A program made the translations under genes and the position numbers. 64,000 bases of DNA, from positions 1,903,151-1,967,150 of the forward strand of contig CAJINV010000007.1 in assembly GCA_905178155.1 (NCBI GenBank), in the 5' to 3' direction. The notes below the pieces were generated by a model. It did not search any database, had not been told where the DNA came from, and was given only the letters and a program-made list of their open reading frames with translations. This DNA comes from Amoebophrya sp. A120 (lineage: Eukaryota > Protista > Dinoflagellata). Shown piece by piece: positions 33,701 through 47,541 of the stretch (positions within the stretch are counted from its first letter, which is position 1; each line of letters opens with the position of its first letter).

Positions 33701-36700
33701 ATTCCTTGTCCACCTTCCAAAACCGCACGGACGCGTCTTCGGAACTGCAGCTAAACGACTTGGGAATTTTGAGCCATTTGCAGGAGCACCTCCACGCAAT
33801 ACAGACCGGCCCCGAGTTATTCGCGACCAGGAAAAATATTCGGCGCATGTTCGGCTACGGCTTTAGTGTCGAGGAATTGAACGCGCGATGGAATAAAGAC
33901 CATGATCTTCCTTTCACCGGCGCATCGGTGGATGAAACTTCTACAGGCACAGGAAGTGTTTCGACTGGTATGAAGTCGAGCGCTAGCACACCGTCGTCTC
34001 TGAACATAAACTCCTCAACAACGTGGTCCTCCACGACAACGGCGGGGAGCTCGATTACACAGCAACTCCCTCGTCTTCCAAGACAACCGTTCGCAAATTT
34101 GTTTCTGGAAACGGTAGAAGCTATTGGTGATCCGCCAGATGATGAAGACGGCCATGGGGTTGGGGAGGGGGGCTCACAGTTGTCAACGAGAATGAACACG
34201 ACTGTGGCGGAGCCGTTAGTAAAAGAGGAGTCCTCGCCACCGCTAGAAATGGATCCGTATCGCGTTTGGTACTCCGGGAGACCGCAAGCGATTATGGCAA
34301 AGACCCACCGAGGTCCAAGAGCTAATATCGCTTTCACGCCTTCGTTCTTGAATATCAAGTCGCGCTTTCTCGATGCGAAAACGGGCGCTCTGGTGATTGA
34401 CGGCACGGCAAATGGGAAAATCAATGAAGCTACTGCAACCGGCGGGCCTCCGCCACAGGTAGCCAACAGGGCAGGCGCTGTTCGGTATCGCGCACTGGAG
34501 CCGTTCTGTCGAAACGTGCGGGGAAGGGCGCATCCATGTTTTGGCGAAGAAAAGTCATTATTTCAACGACGCAACGGGAGACGACATCCGGAGCAGGAGG
34601 AGGTGGAGATTAAAAACCAGGAGCAATCAATTATAATGCGGGATGATTCCTCAAAAGGTAAGACCTATGCGCCCAAGAAAAGTAGAATCGGGAGGTCATC
34701 ATCTTCTAATGGACAGCAAGAACATATTTTCCGAAGTGAAGACACCGTGCCGACAATCCAGACTTTAGATGAGATATTGGACACGAGAAGAACTCCGAGG
34801 GAGTGGGGGAAAAGTCGTGACCTGTCGTCCTCACGACGATCCTCCGCTTCAAGCAGCACCGCTTCTGGTGCGACCACTCTCTCCTCCGCCAGAGTCGCGT
34901 TTTTCACCCTGGCCACCAGTCTGAAAACGAAGTGCGACCACCCGCTGCGGTTTCCCAACGGGGAGCTCCTTCAACTGCAGGACCGGTCGAAAAAGAACAG
35001 CTACTTTATCGATGGTCGCAACTTTGTAAACTGGTGTCACACGCACTTCTGGAAGTGGAACCAGCCCTCGATTGCGTTTTTGAGGAAGCGTGTGGGGGAG
35101 TTGCACTCGTTTCAGTTTTTCGGGGCGCCCGATGACGCCACAGGGCAGTTCCTGATAACAGAACCTCCAAGTTCTTCCGACGTCAGGCCCTCTGTAGAAG
35201 AAGTTGACCCTGAGCAAAGAACAGGCAAGACGACCGAGGAAATATTGGACAAGCGCCGCAGTGGTCATGAAAATTTGAGCCGCGTCGTTAGGTACTGCAG
35301 CCCGATCAGTATTAACCGACGTAATCTAGTTCCAGCTAAGCCAAAGGGCAAGAAGAGCAGGAACAATATGGACAACCACGAGGATTCAGCTGCTGCCTCT
35401 GCCAAAGATGATGTCGAGAATAACACCGGTAAGGAAAGAACAGGCGAAAGGGTTTTGCAGAGCAGGGCGACTATGCCTCCAAGCGCCGCTGCAACAGCTC
35501 CCCTAAAAATGTACCGTCAATACAATTTTGTCAACCCGGAGGATGAAAAGTTTTTCAAACAGTATCGAGTGACCGTCGTACCCCTCGACCTCTGTCGCCG
35601 CTACCTATCCAAGCTGCGGCCCTCGCACGCGATGTTTCCCCCCCGGCACCCTGCGGCGCACGGCAACATGGCGCTGTTCGAGTTTGCGCGCGTCGCGATT
35701 TTTGAACTCGGCACCATTTACGACTTGAGTCTGCACTTTGACACGGATTACCTAATTCCCCACCCGCTGAAGCTGCTGGGCGTGTGGGGCCAAGTTTTCG
35801 CGCGCACGGAAACGCGAACCGACACCTTTATGCTATTCCCGGCCAACGCCAACCAGGCGCAAACGAGTCTGCTGCTTTTGACCAAAATTGGCGAAGAGAA
35901 GAAGCGGCAGATCCTGAAGCACTTTTTCGATTTAGAGCTGCACATTGTCCAGGTCGACGACGCGGAGAGCGCGGAGCGGATAGCAGTAGCGGAGAAGAAA
36001 AAAGAGCTCGTGGACCGGAAGCGAAAAGCCGTGGAGGCTTTGCTGGAGCCATTTTATTTGCCGGGTGATATATCTCGTCCAGACGGGAGCGGGGCATCAG
36101 CAGCGAGAGCGACTTCAGCTTCAGCAGGTGCGGGCAGTACATCGTCGACATCTGCGACTACTGCTGCAACGACCCTACTTTTGTCCACCGAGAAGGCTGT
36201 GCGAAAGTTCGTCTACCGATGGCTGATTCGACAGACAGATAGTACCCGTGAGGGAGTTCCTGCGACGAACTCCACACGCCGTCGACAGGACGCTCTGGGG
36301 ACTGTTGTTCGAACTCTGGCAACGCAAGCTTTGTCTAGCAGTGTGCTCGTTGGTCGTGAAACGGACAAAGCTAAACCTAAAGCTGTGGACGTCGAAGACT
36401 ACAACAGCAAAAAGCCTCGCCCTATGATCTCCGTCTGTCTTTTCACGCAGCTTTTCCAAGCGTGGCTCCGATCGCTCGGCGAAACGGGCACCATCGGTCG
36501 TGGTGGTTGGGGAAGAAAAACAGCAGGCCGAATCTTCATGAAAGGTCGACGCATTGACGGCAGCACGACTTCTGGGCCACTTCATGAGGACCAAGTCGAA
36601 GTAGAAGCTGCAGTAGTAGATCAGGCTATTTTATTCCCTGGTGAGGATGAAGTGAAAGAATCTGTGAAATTTTGCGCAGGACAAACTACATCAAGAAAGT

Positions 36701-38421
36701 CACCTGGTGGACCTCGATCTCCTGATATCCCAGCGGCTTCCGCGCCACCGCTCGCGCCCGACCATGACCCAGTGAAAACACCGCTTCGCCACGAGGCCGA
36801 CTTGCAAAGGTATGAAAGGAAAACCCTAGTTCTTCGGAATTTACAGCTTTTTGGACACGATTATTCGGACGAGTCGCCAGGGCCAGGGGAGCTTGGTAAT
36901 GGTACCTTGAGTAAGAATCTTCAGGGCCAAGAACGACCCGCGGAGCAAGGTGAAAAAATTGGTGATGACTACATCATGAATTCCCCCCTCCTGCCTGATA
37001 ACTTTCTCATTCTCGATTTGGAAGCGGGCCCGGACTTGTGGCTCGTTGACGATTTTGATGTGGATTCAGATCGGATAAAACCGACGGCAATCACGATGAA
37101 TGGAGCCCAACTACTAGTGCAGCAACCCGTTCTTGACCAGGACGGCCTTGACGTTTTTTTCTCTCTAAAGGAAGGCGTGAAACTCCCTGCACGAAATCTC
37201 GAGGAGAAATTGGTAGCGCCGTCTTTCGAGCAGTGGCAAAGAGTAGCGTCTGCACAAGCCGGAAATAAAGAACTTCCGCAGCAGCAGCTAGCGCAACAAC
37301 TTCCGGACCACGAAGTGTTGAACCGGACGATTTATTTGGTTCCATCAGGAGCATACTCTTCGTCCTCGTCCTCGATGGTCTCTCCTGCTGTTGACCTTGC
37401 AACGACGTCAACGACCAGTAGCATTGAATTTGCAACAACTCCTTCCAACAGAACACACAGGAACAATTTTCCTTCCACTCTCCGCGACCCCTTCCCCTTC
37501 CGCTTTCCGAAGGAGTTTCTGCATCCGGACCTTTCTGAGAAACTGCTCGGGAGCACGGCAAAACCCCCTCAGCGGGAGGTGCTGATTGACTACGAACGCG
37601 CGCACTCGCCCTTCGACCTGTTGGCCCGGTTTCCCGGGTTCAAGGCTTGGTACACCGGGGCAGTCAACGTGTTCCACTTCGTTCTGCGCAAGAAGAAACT
37701 CCTGAACACGTACCAACTGAACCGGTGCTTTTTCGGCTACCTTGGGGAGCAGAGCCTTCGCATCCAGAAAACCGGCCTCAGCATCCTGCACCCCGACCTG
37801 CGCAGAGAGTTTGGGGAACGCTGGTTCAGCAGAACAACTGCGACTAGTAGAGCTAGAGGCATCATGACACCGGAGCTTCTTTATCACCACAATGACCGGT
37901 GGCACGCAGCGGAGGGGAAGGACTTGGAAAGGCACCTGCTCCTGAAAGAGGAGGAGAAGAGAGGATCGATACAGAGCAGTGGGAACCTCCAGCTGCACGA
38001 GCGGACACTTCTACAACCTCAATTCTCATCAACAGGCACGAGGACCTCCGAGGAGAACAATATCTCTAAGGTCGAACATCAATCAAAGCAGGCCGTCAAG
38101 CCGAGAAGTTCTTATCGGCCGCGGCAGAACGCAACGACCAAGTCGATGCCGTTCGAGGACGCGTCGTGTCCGTTTCGCCTCCAATCCGACGCGGGGGTAC
38201 CGGACCACACGCAATACGCCAGCATGTACGGAGGCACGACGCACGAAGTGTACAAACGTTGCCTACTCTGGCCGATCGAAACCCCCCAGCCCGGGGTGGG
38301 ATTCACCGCTGCGCGCTGCTCTTTCTGGGAAGACCCGCCGGCAGTCGTGCACAAGTCGGATGTGGGCTTGTCGGAGTTTTTCCGCCGCACCTGGAGGAAA
38401 CTAAAAAACTGCGGAGAATAG
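30735..38421 (+). CDS. Very large (>2000 aa) protein, possibly with a GT-A glycosyltransferase-like domain
   Basis: 1885-aa ORF 32764-38421 extends upstream in frame across four introners; ARVAIFEL..YDLSLHFDTDYL resembles a GT8-type DxD motif; 5' end uncertain. Confidence 0.65.
31444..31750. mobile_element. Introner family C
   Basis: TATGGATG...CATCCATA; TSD AGGAC; frame restored (AAED|SEVLY). Confidence 0.92.
32020..32158. mobile_element. Introner (short, singleton family in this window)
   Basis: TATTCCCTGAAAAT...ATTTTCAGGGAATA; TSD CGAGC. Confidence 0.9.
32324..32473. mobile_element. Introner family D
   Basis: TAT...ATA; TSD TTACA; homolog of the 13020 copy. Confidence 0.92.
32555..32763. 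mobile_element. Introner family E
   Basis: TAT.CAAGAAAAAAACTGTGTAAGTGTAA TIR; TSD GTGCT. Confidence 0.92.
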
Positions 38422-39514
38422 AGTATGATAGATCGGCGTGATGATCCCTGTGCGGCTTCTTAAACAGCTTTTCAAATAGGACCAAAGTATCTGCAGCAAC
38501 CAGGACGAGGAGTATTGCCATCCATGTACGTACATTGTATTGTATTAACATTAAGCGTGCCCAAAAGGAGCAGCAAAAAATGTTGCAACAGTGAAGATTT
38601 GAAGCGGTTTAAGGATGAAGTGTCTTTTTTTCGACTGCAAACAAGTGAAAATACTGCTTCTTCAAATAGCCGATGAAGATGAGGAAATACCAGTAAGAAT
38701 ATAAAGGATCTACTTGTACTTCAGGATCATCAGGAAATGACTGTAATGGAAATGACTTCAGGCACTTCGCTTCCGCGGGGCATGTACAGACGTCATGACA
38801 AGACGATAATGTGCTGCTGGTCAAGCATTTTATCATGTAACATAAACACATAGGTAACATAAACACATCAGCGGCTACGTGTGAAGATCGGTCTCATAGT
38901 AGAAAACAATGGCTCGGTGTGGTTTAGTCATACCGATGAAGTCAGAGAAAAGAAATGTAGAAGCTCGTCCAAATCGATCTTGCTCCTCAGAAATGTAGTA
39001 GATAGTCTCAAATCGATCTTGCTCCTCAATGTCGGAATTCGGAAAGCGAAATAATAAGAAATTTTGGTTGGGTTGCCTTCCCTTGCTGCTAATCTTCGTC
39101 TAGATCCTCTCCGATAGTTTTGTCATTGTCTCGGTTGAAGGTATTGGGATTTTTTCCAGGTCCAGAACGATTTGTCATTCTCCGTCGACATCTCCATCTC
39201 CATCTCCCATCAACATCAATTCGGTCGCCTCGGCCTCCAAACGATCCAAGCACTTTTCTTTATTTTTGAGTCTTACAGTCGTATTATAAGTTTATAACCA
39301 TTTCGAGCCGCCCTACTTATTCTCCCGCATTCGCATCCGTCGAAGAACCCAACTATTACTGTAATTTCTATTCTTGTTTTGTCCATTTAACTCTTATTTC
39401 TTTTTCTGTTATCCCTATCGTTGTGGGAGGTCTTCAGTAACGTTGTAAAAAAACTAGAGTTCTTGACGAGTACGGCTATAGTAGTTGTGCATATTTTTCT
39501 GCAAAAAAAAAAAA

Positions 39515-40189
39515 ATGGCCTCCTTCCTCCGTCAGAATGTCCGTCTCGTCGGGCTTCAACAGCTCTTTCTTTCCAACTGGTCCGCTCTTTTTATCAGTAC
39601 CTTGCTTCACGACCTGACGCCAACGCCGGACGCTCATCATGTGGGAGGCTCGATGCAACACACCAGCTGGACGGTGCAGGCCGTGCGTGTTCTTTCAGTT
39701 TCTTCTGAAGGTGGCGCCTCCAGTCGCAGCTCGTCTCCCACCCCCTCCTCGGTCTCCACTCCCCGCAGTGACCCCGGACCTCCTCGCTACCCGGCAAGAG
39801 ATGAACAAAATGTTGCCAGTTGGTTCAACCTGAACATGCAAATGTTGCAGCTCCAAGACGACCTGGCGGACCTACAAGCACAACGGCAACGTGCACGTGG
39901 TACCGTTGACCCGAATGCAGCTGAAGCTGCAGCGCTAGTACAGGACCCAGAGGAAACCGCGCGTCAGCAGCAGGCCGCACGAGAACGAGAAGGCGAACTG
40001 GCGTGGCGCATGGAAGGGATTTCGGAAGAGATGGACGCCCTGGGGTTCACTCCTGAGACGCGGGAGCGTCTTCAGGCAACCTGGGATAACGCGTTACGGC
40101 GCCGGCGGGCTGCCGCAGCAGCCGCCCGGCGTTTCTTACCAATCGCCGATTTCCTGCGGCAGGAAGTGCCCGCCGACATTTTACCATAA
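39515..40189 (+). CDS. Hypothetical protein with a coiled-coil C-terminus
   Basis: ATG after an A-run, hydrophobic N-terminus, Q/E/R/A-rich helices. Confidence 0.6.
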   Translation: MASFLRQNVRLVGLQQLFLSNWSALFISTLLHDLTPTPDAHHVGGSMQHTSWTVQAVRVLSVSSEGGASSRSSSPTPSSVSTPRSDPGPPRYPARDEQNVASWFNLNMQMLQLQDDLADLQAQRQRARGTVDPNAAEAAALVQDPEETARQQQAAREREGELAWRMEGISEEMDALGFTPETRERLQATWDNALRRRRAAAAAARRFLPIADFLRQEVPADILP

Positions 40190-41392
40190 GACTAAGATGC
40201 AACCAAATTTTACCATAAAGAGATTAAGATGCATCAACCCCGGCATTTGATTTTACCATAAGATTAAGAAATGCCACTGTTTCTGTTCGAGCTCCCAAAT
40301 GGCGTCAACTAGGGAAGTACGCTCGCAGCTCGCAGCTCTCTCTGTGGTTTTTTTACAAGGCTGCAGTTTATTTTTATTTATTCTACATAGCATTTTTGTT
40401 CCGTGAAGCTGTTGACGATTTCAACAACTGTAAGGAGAAACACTCGCATCCAATTTCTTGCAACTTTTTCTGAGCAGGGTCTCCTTACCCAAGTGCAGGC
40501 TCTCGACTGAAGTTGCGTTGTGCGCAGTAGTTGCTCTTTCTTCCCCCGCCGAACCGGCTACGCCTCCTGCTTCACGGAGTGACTACAGAAAAATCTTCTT
40601 GAGACGCTAACTTCTATGATACCAAATTATTCTGGGGTTTTTTTTTTACAGTTGTACTGCTTTTGACGTGCTGAGCACGACGGATTCCTTCCCGACGAGA
40701 ACGAGACAACACTATTTTCTAATGGAAGTCATACATGTACGATTTGTCTTCACAGGGACGCCCAGCCCTTAGTCTTCCAATTACACATTTGACGGCGATT
40801 GCTCTGCTCTTTGACTTTCGAAGTTAAAGAGCAGCAAGCTCAATTGCTGGAAACAGGGTTGCTTTTTCTCTCGAAGACATGAAACTGAAAAGCTAGCAAA
40901 AGAAAATGCTTAAATCTGCCCCAAAAACCGCACCACATGTCCTGCTCGGAAGTCATGGCATCAAAATTTAGCGCATTCGACACATGCCCAGATGCGCTAT
41001 TTCTATTTTTGGTTGATGGAAGAGCAGAACAATGAAACTCACACATGAGCGCTAGCAGTTTGAATCTTCATGCACAGTAGTTGTCATTGCAACATGCCGT
41101 TGTGTTCCACCCGAAGAGCAGTTCCTCTAAACCACAGCTCACCTGCCGCATCATGCCGGTGGTATAGAAGACGAATTCTCCCTTTTGTGGATTGCCATTG
41201 CCCCTGGTGGTCTTCTTCAGCGTCGACTTAGAACATAATAGAAGCGGGGGGTGACGGTGGACAGCGGACCAGGAGACACACAAGCATGCACGTGCATCAG
41301 AGTCAGAGACGCGTCGTCGGCTCGAGCAAAATCAGTACAAAGGAACTACGCACGCCGTTCCTCACACAGAGAGAGCATCGCGCGACTTTTGT

Positions 41393-44095
41393 GTGAACAA
41401 AAGAATAGTGCCGCAGAACAAGATCATGCTCTCTCTTGTCGTTGGCGCGGTCTCCTTGGTATTCCGCACGTTGTGGTCAAGAAGACCCGTGTCATCTTTC
41501 TTTCATCCGGTCGTTATTTTGCATCATCTTCTTGATGACGATGCAACGCTGGCAACGGCGAAGCGGCTCGATCCCGACCAGAACGAGGCGGATGGAGCAG
41601 CGGCTGCAGCTGCAGGTCGTGGCCATCATGATGAAGCTGTAGATCGGGATAACATAGTCATGGAGAAGCTGCGAAGGAGCGTTGAAGACGATGCAACACC
41701 AACACGACCAGGAAGAAACACAAACAGCAACGTCAACGAGTCCTCGCGATCGAATATCAACTCCAATGCGAAAACAAAAAAGTACCTCATCGTCTTTGTC
41801 GGAGTGGGGTCACAGGCAGACCGAGCACAGATTGTCGCTCGGAATTGGCGGAGGCATTTGCGGCCGCATAATCTTCGCAATTATCGCGAAGGACAGCAAA
41901 ATAGAATAACTGCCGCGCAAAGTAGATCTGCCCACCAGGAGGCGGAGAATTTTTTCCACAACATATGCAGCAAAAAGAAAACCCCACGAGCACGACCATG
42001 ATCGCAATCACACTCTTGCATCAACAAGTTCTGCATCAGTAGAAAGTTGCCGCGCGTCACAAATTTTTTTTCGTGATGTTTCTTGCAGAACGAAAAGGAA
42101 AAGAGAAATCACGTACTAAAAAGCTTGACTGTGATGCGTTTTTGCGCATGGCAGATTTTTTTGTATATTGCAAAAAGACAAATTCCCAAAAATGATCGCG
42201 GTGGTGTTTTTTTCTTGGACACAACAACGTCGAGTTTCATTGCGTCGTCCTGGCCTACACTACAGATCTGCCTCGCTCTTTTCAATACCAGCTAGGGAAA
42301 GACTGCACTCTGGTGATCTTCGAGAACCACAACTACGTCGACCTCCTCAAAGTAATCACGAACGATAACACCCAGCTAAAAAACGCGATCTTGCAGCAGC
42401 AGGCAATGGCAATGCGTATCAAAAAGATGAAGAACTCATTCCCCTGCTCCCCATGATATCGCAGGGACGAATGAAGTCCCCTTTTTTACTGAATGAATAT
42501 GCATATGGCGAGGGGAAGGCGCTTCTACTTTTCCTCGCAATAGAGCGAAGTGCTGGCAGGTCTGGAGTGGGTATTAACGATGGAAGTAGTGCCACTTCCG
42601 CTGAAGCCGGTCACGACAAGGATATTCAGCCCCATCAACCCCACGGGCAGCTCAACGATTACGAGTACATCTACCTGATTCTGGACGACGTGCAGCTTGA
42701 CGAGGCCGAATTTGACGCCAAAAACTTTTTCGAACTCGCGGAACAGGCAAATCTGGACGTCGTCTCTACGGCCATCGGTCAGGGAAACTGGCACCTCGTG
42801 CACAAAAGACAGCTGGAGAATTATATTGAGCCTGGTGGTGCCGCTGCATCTGCTGGCACAGCTGCAGTTTCTGGTCGCCTCGTGCGTTTCGTCGAAATCC
42901 AGGCAGTCGCGTACCGTCCTTGGATATCCAAGTAGAAAAAAAATCTGTGTTGCAGAAGATGCTGCGTAGACAAGGACAAGGACAAACTTCTTTTCTTTGT
43001 CAAGGAGCATTTTCACGAAAGTGTTTCGGCTACATTCTCGCGCTGACTCCTACTCGTCAAAGCTCATATTCTGTATCACGGTCGTGCCCGCCGTCGAAGC
43101 TGGAAAGATACGATCCTGCTGACACAGAAAGGGTCGTCGAGGTCCTGCAGAAGAAACACAAGAATTTTTTTCCTGGATATTGGGCTTGGGCGTGTCAATG
43201 GCATTTGCTGGAACCTTGGATGAACCCTTCCGGGTGGGGGCACGACAGATGGTTCTACGAATTCTGTAAAGGAAAAAAACCACAAGTACCAAGCACGACA
43301 GGACAACTGCAGCAAACTGTTTCGGAAACGAGGAACTTGCAAGCGCATCAAGAGCATCAGCATGATCTTCTCCTAGCAGACGACGACCAACAAACGCGAA
43401 CCAATTCTCGATCCATAGAAGGACCGTTACCTGTGCCTCCCGTGGTGAAAACCACTCCTCGTCCCTCCGTTCAACCACTCCAGCAGTACGAGTACGAAGA
43501 GTTCGTACACTACTGGCAGGAAAATCTAGCGATTTTATCCGCCGGTACTGCCGAAGGTACTACGGTAGGAAAAGAAGCTTCACTCGAGGACGGTGATGGC
43601 AGCAGTTCTTCTGGAAAAAACGCCGCTGAAGTTCTTTTCTTGGAGCAGCTACCACCACATTTGAGGAGCCGGCGGGAGGAGCTATGTGGACGGGATGAAA
43701 AACAAAACGAAAGCGAAATGGAAACCAAAGATAGACAAATGCGCATCGGCATTGTAGACAAGTATCTTGTTCACCACCTCAGTAATATTGGGAACATGAC
43801 CAAGTCGAGTTTGGTATGGAATAGAAGGATGAGACCACAAAGCAGAAATGATCTATTCAAAAGATCGCAAGGTGATGACGTGAGCTACAGCTTGGACTTG
43901 CTTGCTGCTCTTCTCTCCCGAGTCGTGATCTGGGAGCAGGGGAAGCACGACAAACATAGGAAAATTTTGATTCAAAGACAGAGTCCGTGGAGTAAGCTAA
44001 GCCTTCGGACCCAACCATGCCGACACTTCTCTCTTTTGCTATTGCTACTCTCACTCTGCATGGAAGTTTTTTGTTTTGCCATGATTTTGCCATGA
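41393..44095 (+). CDS. DUF707-like (glycosyltransferase-like) protein, multi-exon
   Basis: YEYIYLILDDV, FVEIQAVAYRPW|AWACQWHLLEPWMNPSGWGHD and IGIVDKYLVHH resemble DUF707 motifs; requires removal of the introners at 41964 and 42925 and a GT-AG intron at ~42416-42543. Confidence 0.7.
41964..42221. mobile_element. Diverged introner (TAT...ACA)
   Basis: TSD CAACA, weak TIR; removal restores FFHN|NVEFHC. Confidence 0.75.
42925..43179. mobile_element. Introner
   Basis: TATCCA.G.A.AAAAAA / TTTTTTTCCTGGATA; TSD TTGGA/TTGGG; removal joins conserved DUF707-like motifs. Confidence 0.85.
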
Positions 44096-46483
44096 ACTAG
44101 AGCGCACCTCGCGTTACCACATATACTCAGGACAACTTGCGACTGAATTCATCATTTCTGCTTCTTTCTTCGCCGAACCATATTTGGCAAGCGATTCGGC
44201 GCAACGCAAATCACAGGTGGTGAGGACAGAACTTTTTTTCACGGAGATCTTGAAATGCCCCAGATTGGGAGAAAAGGAATACCAAATGAAAAACTTCGGG
44301 TATTTTTAGAAACAGAAGGAGAGACTGATGGACATTCACATTCCTATGTTGATGCATGAGAAATTGACCTCCACCTGCTACTTGATTCCCAGAAACATAC
44401 ACCACGATGAACATACACACCCTTCGAAACACATGGAATAAATGGATCTTCACGACAAAAACGATATTTTTATCGAAATCTAATCACCTGACCTGCTCCA
44501 TCGCAAAATATGATTCTGGATTCAGATTCTCATCGAATGAATTCTATTGATTTTGATCTTGATTCTCTGAAATCCAATGATATTCTTTCCCGTCATGGAT
44601 TCATTCTTTCATTTTAATTTCTTTGTCTTATGAATCGGTCTGGCTCTGTTCTTTCTGATTGAGATTTTCTTCATCAGGATGATATATGGATGAAAGAATG
44701 TAAGAAAGATAATGTATTTCTATTTGAAGATAGATCATTCGATGGATAAATGAATATGATGTATGTATCCGTCCGGGCCTTGCAGGCGGGACCACAACAA
44801 CCAGTGGCAGTGCGGCGCCCATCCGACATACGCACGGTGGCCGCGCGCGTCGAAGGCGAACACCTGCGGCTGGCACCCAAGCGCGACACCGGGACGGGTG
44901 CCCCAGGACGGGGGGCACCCGAACAGGTATAATCGATACTCCGTTGTTGCGTCTGGTGGCTCTTTTGTTTCTCATGCACCCCAATGCACCCCGTCGTGTG
45001 TCGTCGCTCCCCCACCGAACACACAGGTCTGGGTCCGGCGCCTCTGCAACCCGCGGCTGCAGCAACCAGACCTGCCAGGAGGACAAGGACCAGACCCACA
45101 ATACCACGACGCCCACTGCCTGCAGGACAACGCCGCCACCCACCACTGGCCCAAGCCCTGGAATAACCGACTGCACGCGGTTGCGGGGCAAAGCGGTTCA
45201 CACCTATGCGAGACATGGCAGGGGGTTCCCCGGTCCGGGTCCGGGGGCCCCCGGAACAGGTATAGTTCTACTCTTTATCCCTGTGGTCCTGCATGGCATG
45301 GAATGCAACAATATCACGCTGGTCCCGGTGCTCGTCCCCCACACAATCCCCAGGTCAACGACAACCGACACTACGCGGCCAGCAGGCGGACCGGGTGGAC
45401 AGGTGGCCTCGGGACGACCGGGGTGACAACAACGCGTAACTGGACACGACAGGACGACTAGACGGAACGGAGAAAGACGAAGAAAGAAATCTTGAAAAAG
45501 CATGCGAAGGGCAGAAATAGATAAGAAAAAATTAAGTATTAAGGTCCAGCCTTTTGCTGGTCCTGGCTGAAACAACTCCCGAGAACCAGAAAAAATTTTT
45601 TTTGAAGAAGAGGAAAATATAAATCTTGAAATCTAGATTTTATATTTCGACCATCTTGGATCTTGATGCTGAGTAGAAGAGAATTTTGTTTGGGTCGACC
45701 TTTTCATTCAGGACAGACATTTATTTGGATCGAGAAACAACGAGTTTGAGTTTTAATTGTTTTGTAGGTAGATTCAGGCTGTAGTTCAAATTAGGATTAT
45801 AATTATGACAGGAGTTATTCGAAGATCAAGAGAAAGATTGGAGATGTGGAACAAGAGGATTTTTTAGGGCCTTGAACCTTTGACGCCATGCCCTGGCACG
45901 AACAGAAAGAAAGAAAGAAAGAAAGAATATGATGTAGATTTGATAAATAATCGATCTTGATTGATTCCCAATATGATAAATTTGGAAAAAAAATTTAATG
46001 AGGTTGATATAGATTTTCGAAGATTTTTTTAGAAATTTTGAAAACTAGATTTCTAGGTGAAGAGATGAACCAGTGTATTTTTCAGACGAACAAACTCGAA
46101 ATTGATAATTGCAAACTTTACAGGAGAACACAAAGAAACAGAACTTTATAGGGGAAAGCTTTTTTTTTTAAAGGAGAGTGCTTTTTTCGAACTTGTTGTT
46201 GTATTCGAGCCAAAATTTTATCTTCAATTTCCTGGATCTTAGAATTCACAAGTTGCTCAGGTTCAACTGCGGTTTTATTGCGAGATCAAATCGAGAAAGA
46301 AGAAAATGGGACTCAAACGGAATTTTTAGGACCTTGAACATTTAAAGCCATACCCGGGCATGGAAAGAAAGAAAGAAAGAAAGATTTTCGAAAAATCAAA
46401 ATCTCGAATCATATTAATATAGATTTTGCAAATTTTTCGAAAATCCTCAATGAAATTATGTCGATAAAAATAAAAATTCCAAC

Positions 46484-46813
46484 ATGAGAAAATTTCAAAA
46501 TCTCGGAGAATATGTTAACAAATTCTGTTGAATTGAGATTGTGCCATTTCTTATATAATCCCCCGATCGGATGGATTTGTGTTTGTGCCATTTCTCGTCC
46601 GATCCATCGATCGGATGGATGATTGATGAAATGAAGACAGGATCCTGACCATGAGACCGACGAAAAACAAGATCCATCCAATTATCCAAGATCCTGGTTC
46701 CATTTCATTAATCACCCATCCGATCGGATGAGGGAATGAGAAACAAATGCGATGAACACAACTCATCAGAATTTGATACCCCACTCTGAGAATTAATTTT
46801 GAAAATTTTTCAT
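46484..46813. repeat. Intergenic fold-back / MITE-like palindrome
   Basis: Outer arms ATGAGAAAATTTCAAAAT..CAAATTCTGTTGA versus TCATCAGAATTTG..ATTTTGAAAATTTTTCAT; inner arms ~46610-46645 versus ~46691-46728. Confidence 0.7.
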
Positions 46814-47541
46814 AATGCATGTATTTCTTTTATTCATTTATTTATGGAATATCATTTATCAAATAGACCCCTAAAAATAACGATAGGAAAATAAATTCTT
46901 ATCTTGATTCAGCTTATCGAAAAAATAAAAAATTGGACAATTCTTCTCTTGATTATCGATCGAAAAAAATTATGGAAATTGAGTTTCTTGATTGTCGAAA
47001 TTCCAAGATTGAGATTCTCCTATCATTGAATTTCTCTGTTATGGAAAAGCCAAGGTATTTATTTCTGGCAAAATCTAAAAGAAAAATGAATATCCTATCA
47101 TCCAGATATCCGATATTCTTTGATTAGGATTCTTTGACTTCTTGAATGACATGATAAAAGAAGAAAAAATATTCTTGATTTGTTTCGTAGCAGATCATGA
47201 TGAAATCAAAATAGAGTCGATGCCTATGTTTGAATCATGAAAGTTTGTTTGATAGTGGTGAAAATCTTCATGAAAATAGTAAAAAATTGAGAATCCAAAA
47301 CGATAAAATCATTTCCAAAAAGTGATTTCTTTTTGTTCCGATGTGTGTAACCCAGAGAATTCATATGTATGTGCATGTGGATCTTCAATTTCTTCATTAG
47401 TTAGAAAGAAGCGCTTTGCTTTTTCTTTTTATTTGCATTGGAGCATCCGTATAGAAAGTAAGAGTAGAGCTCAACAGCCACTTTTTCTTTGCATTTGGTG
47501 TAGTAGTGTTCTATCTCCATGCTATTATCCATTCGCGACAA

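Noticed and set aside
38971-39029. ~20-bp direct repeat CAAATCGATCTTGCTCCTCA
   Set aside because: Two copies only; not CRISPR-like; a local duplication
42416-42543. Possible additional introner (TATC start, weak inverted repeat)
   Set aside because: No convincing TSD; a canonical GT-AG intron restores the frame
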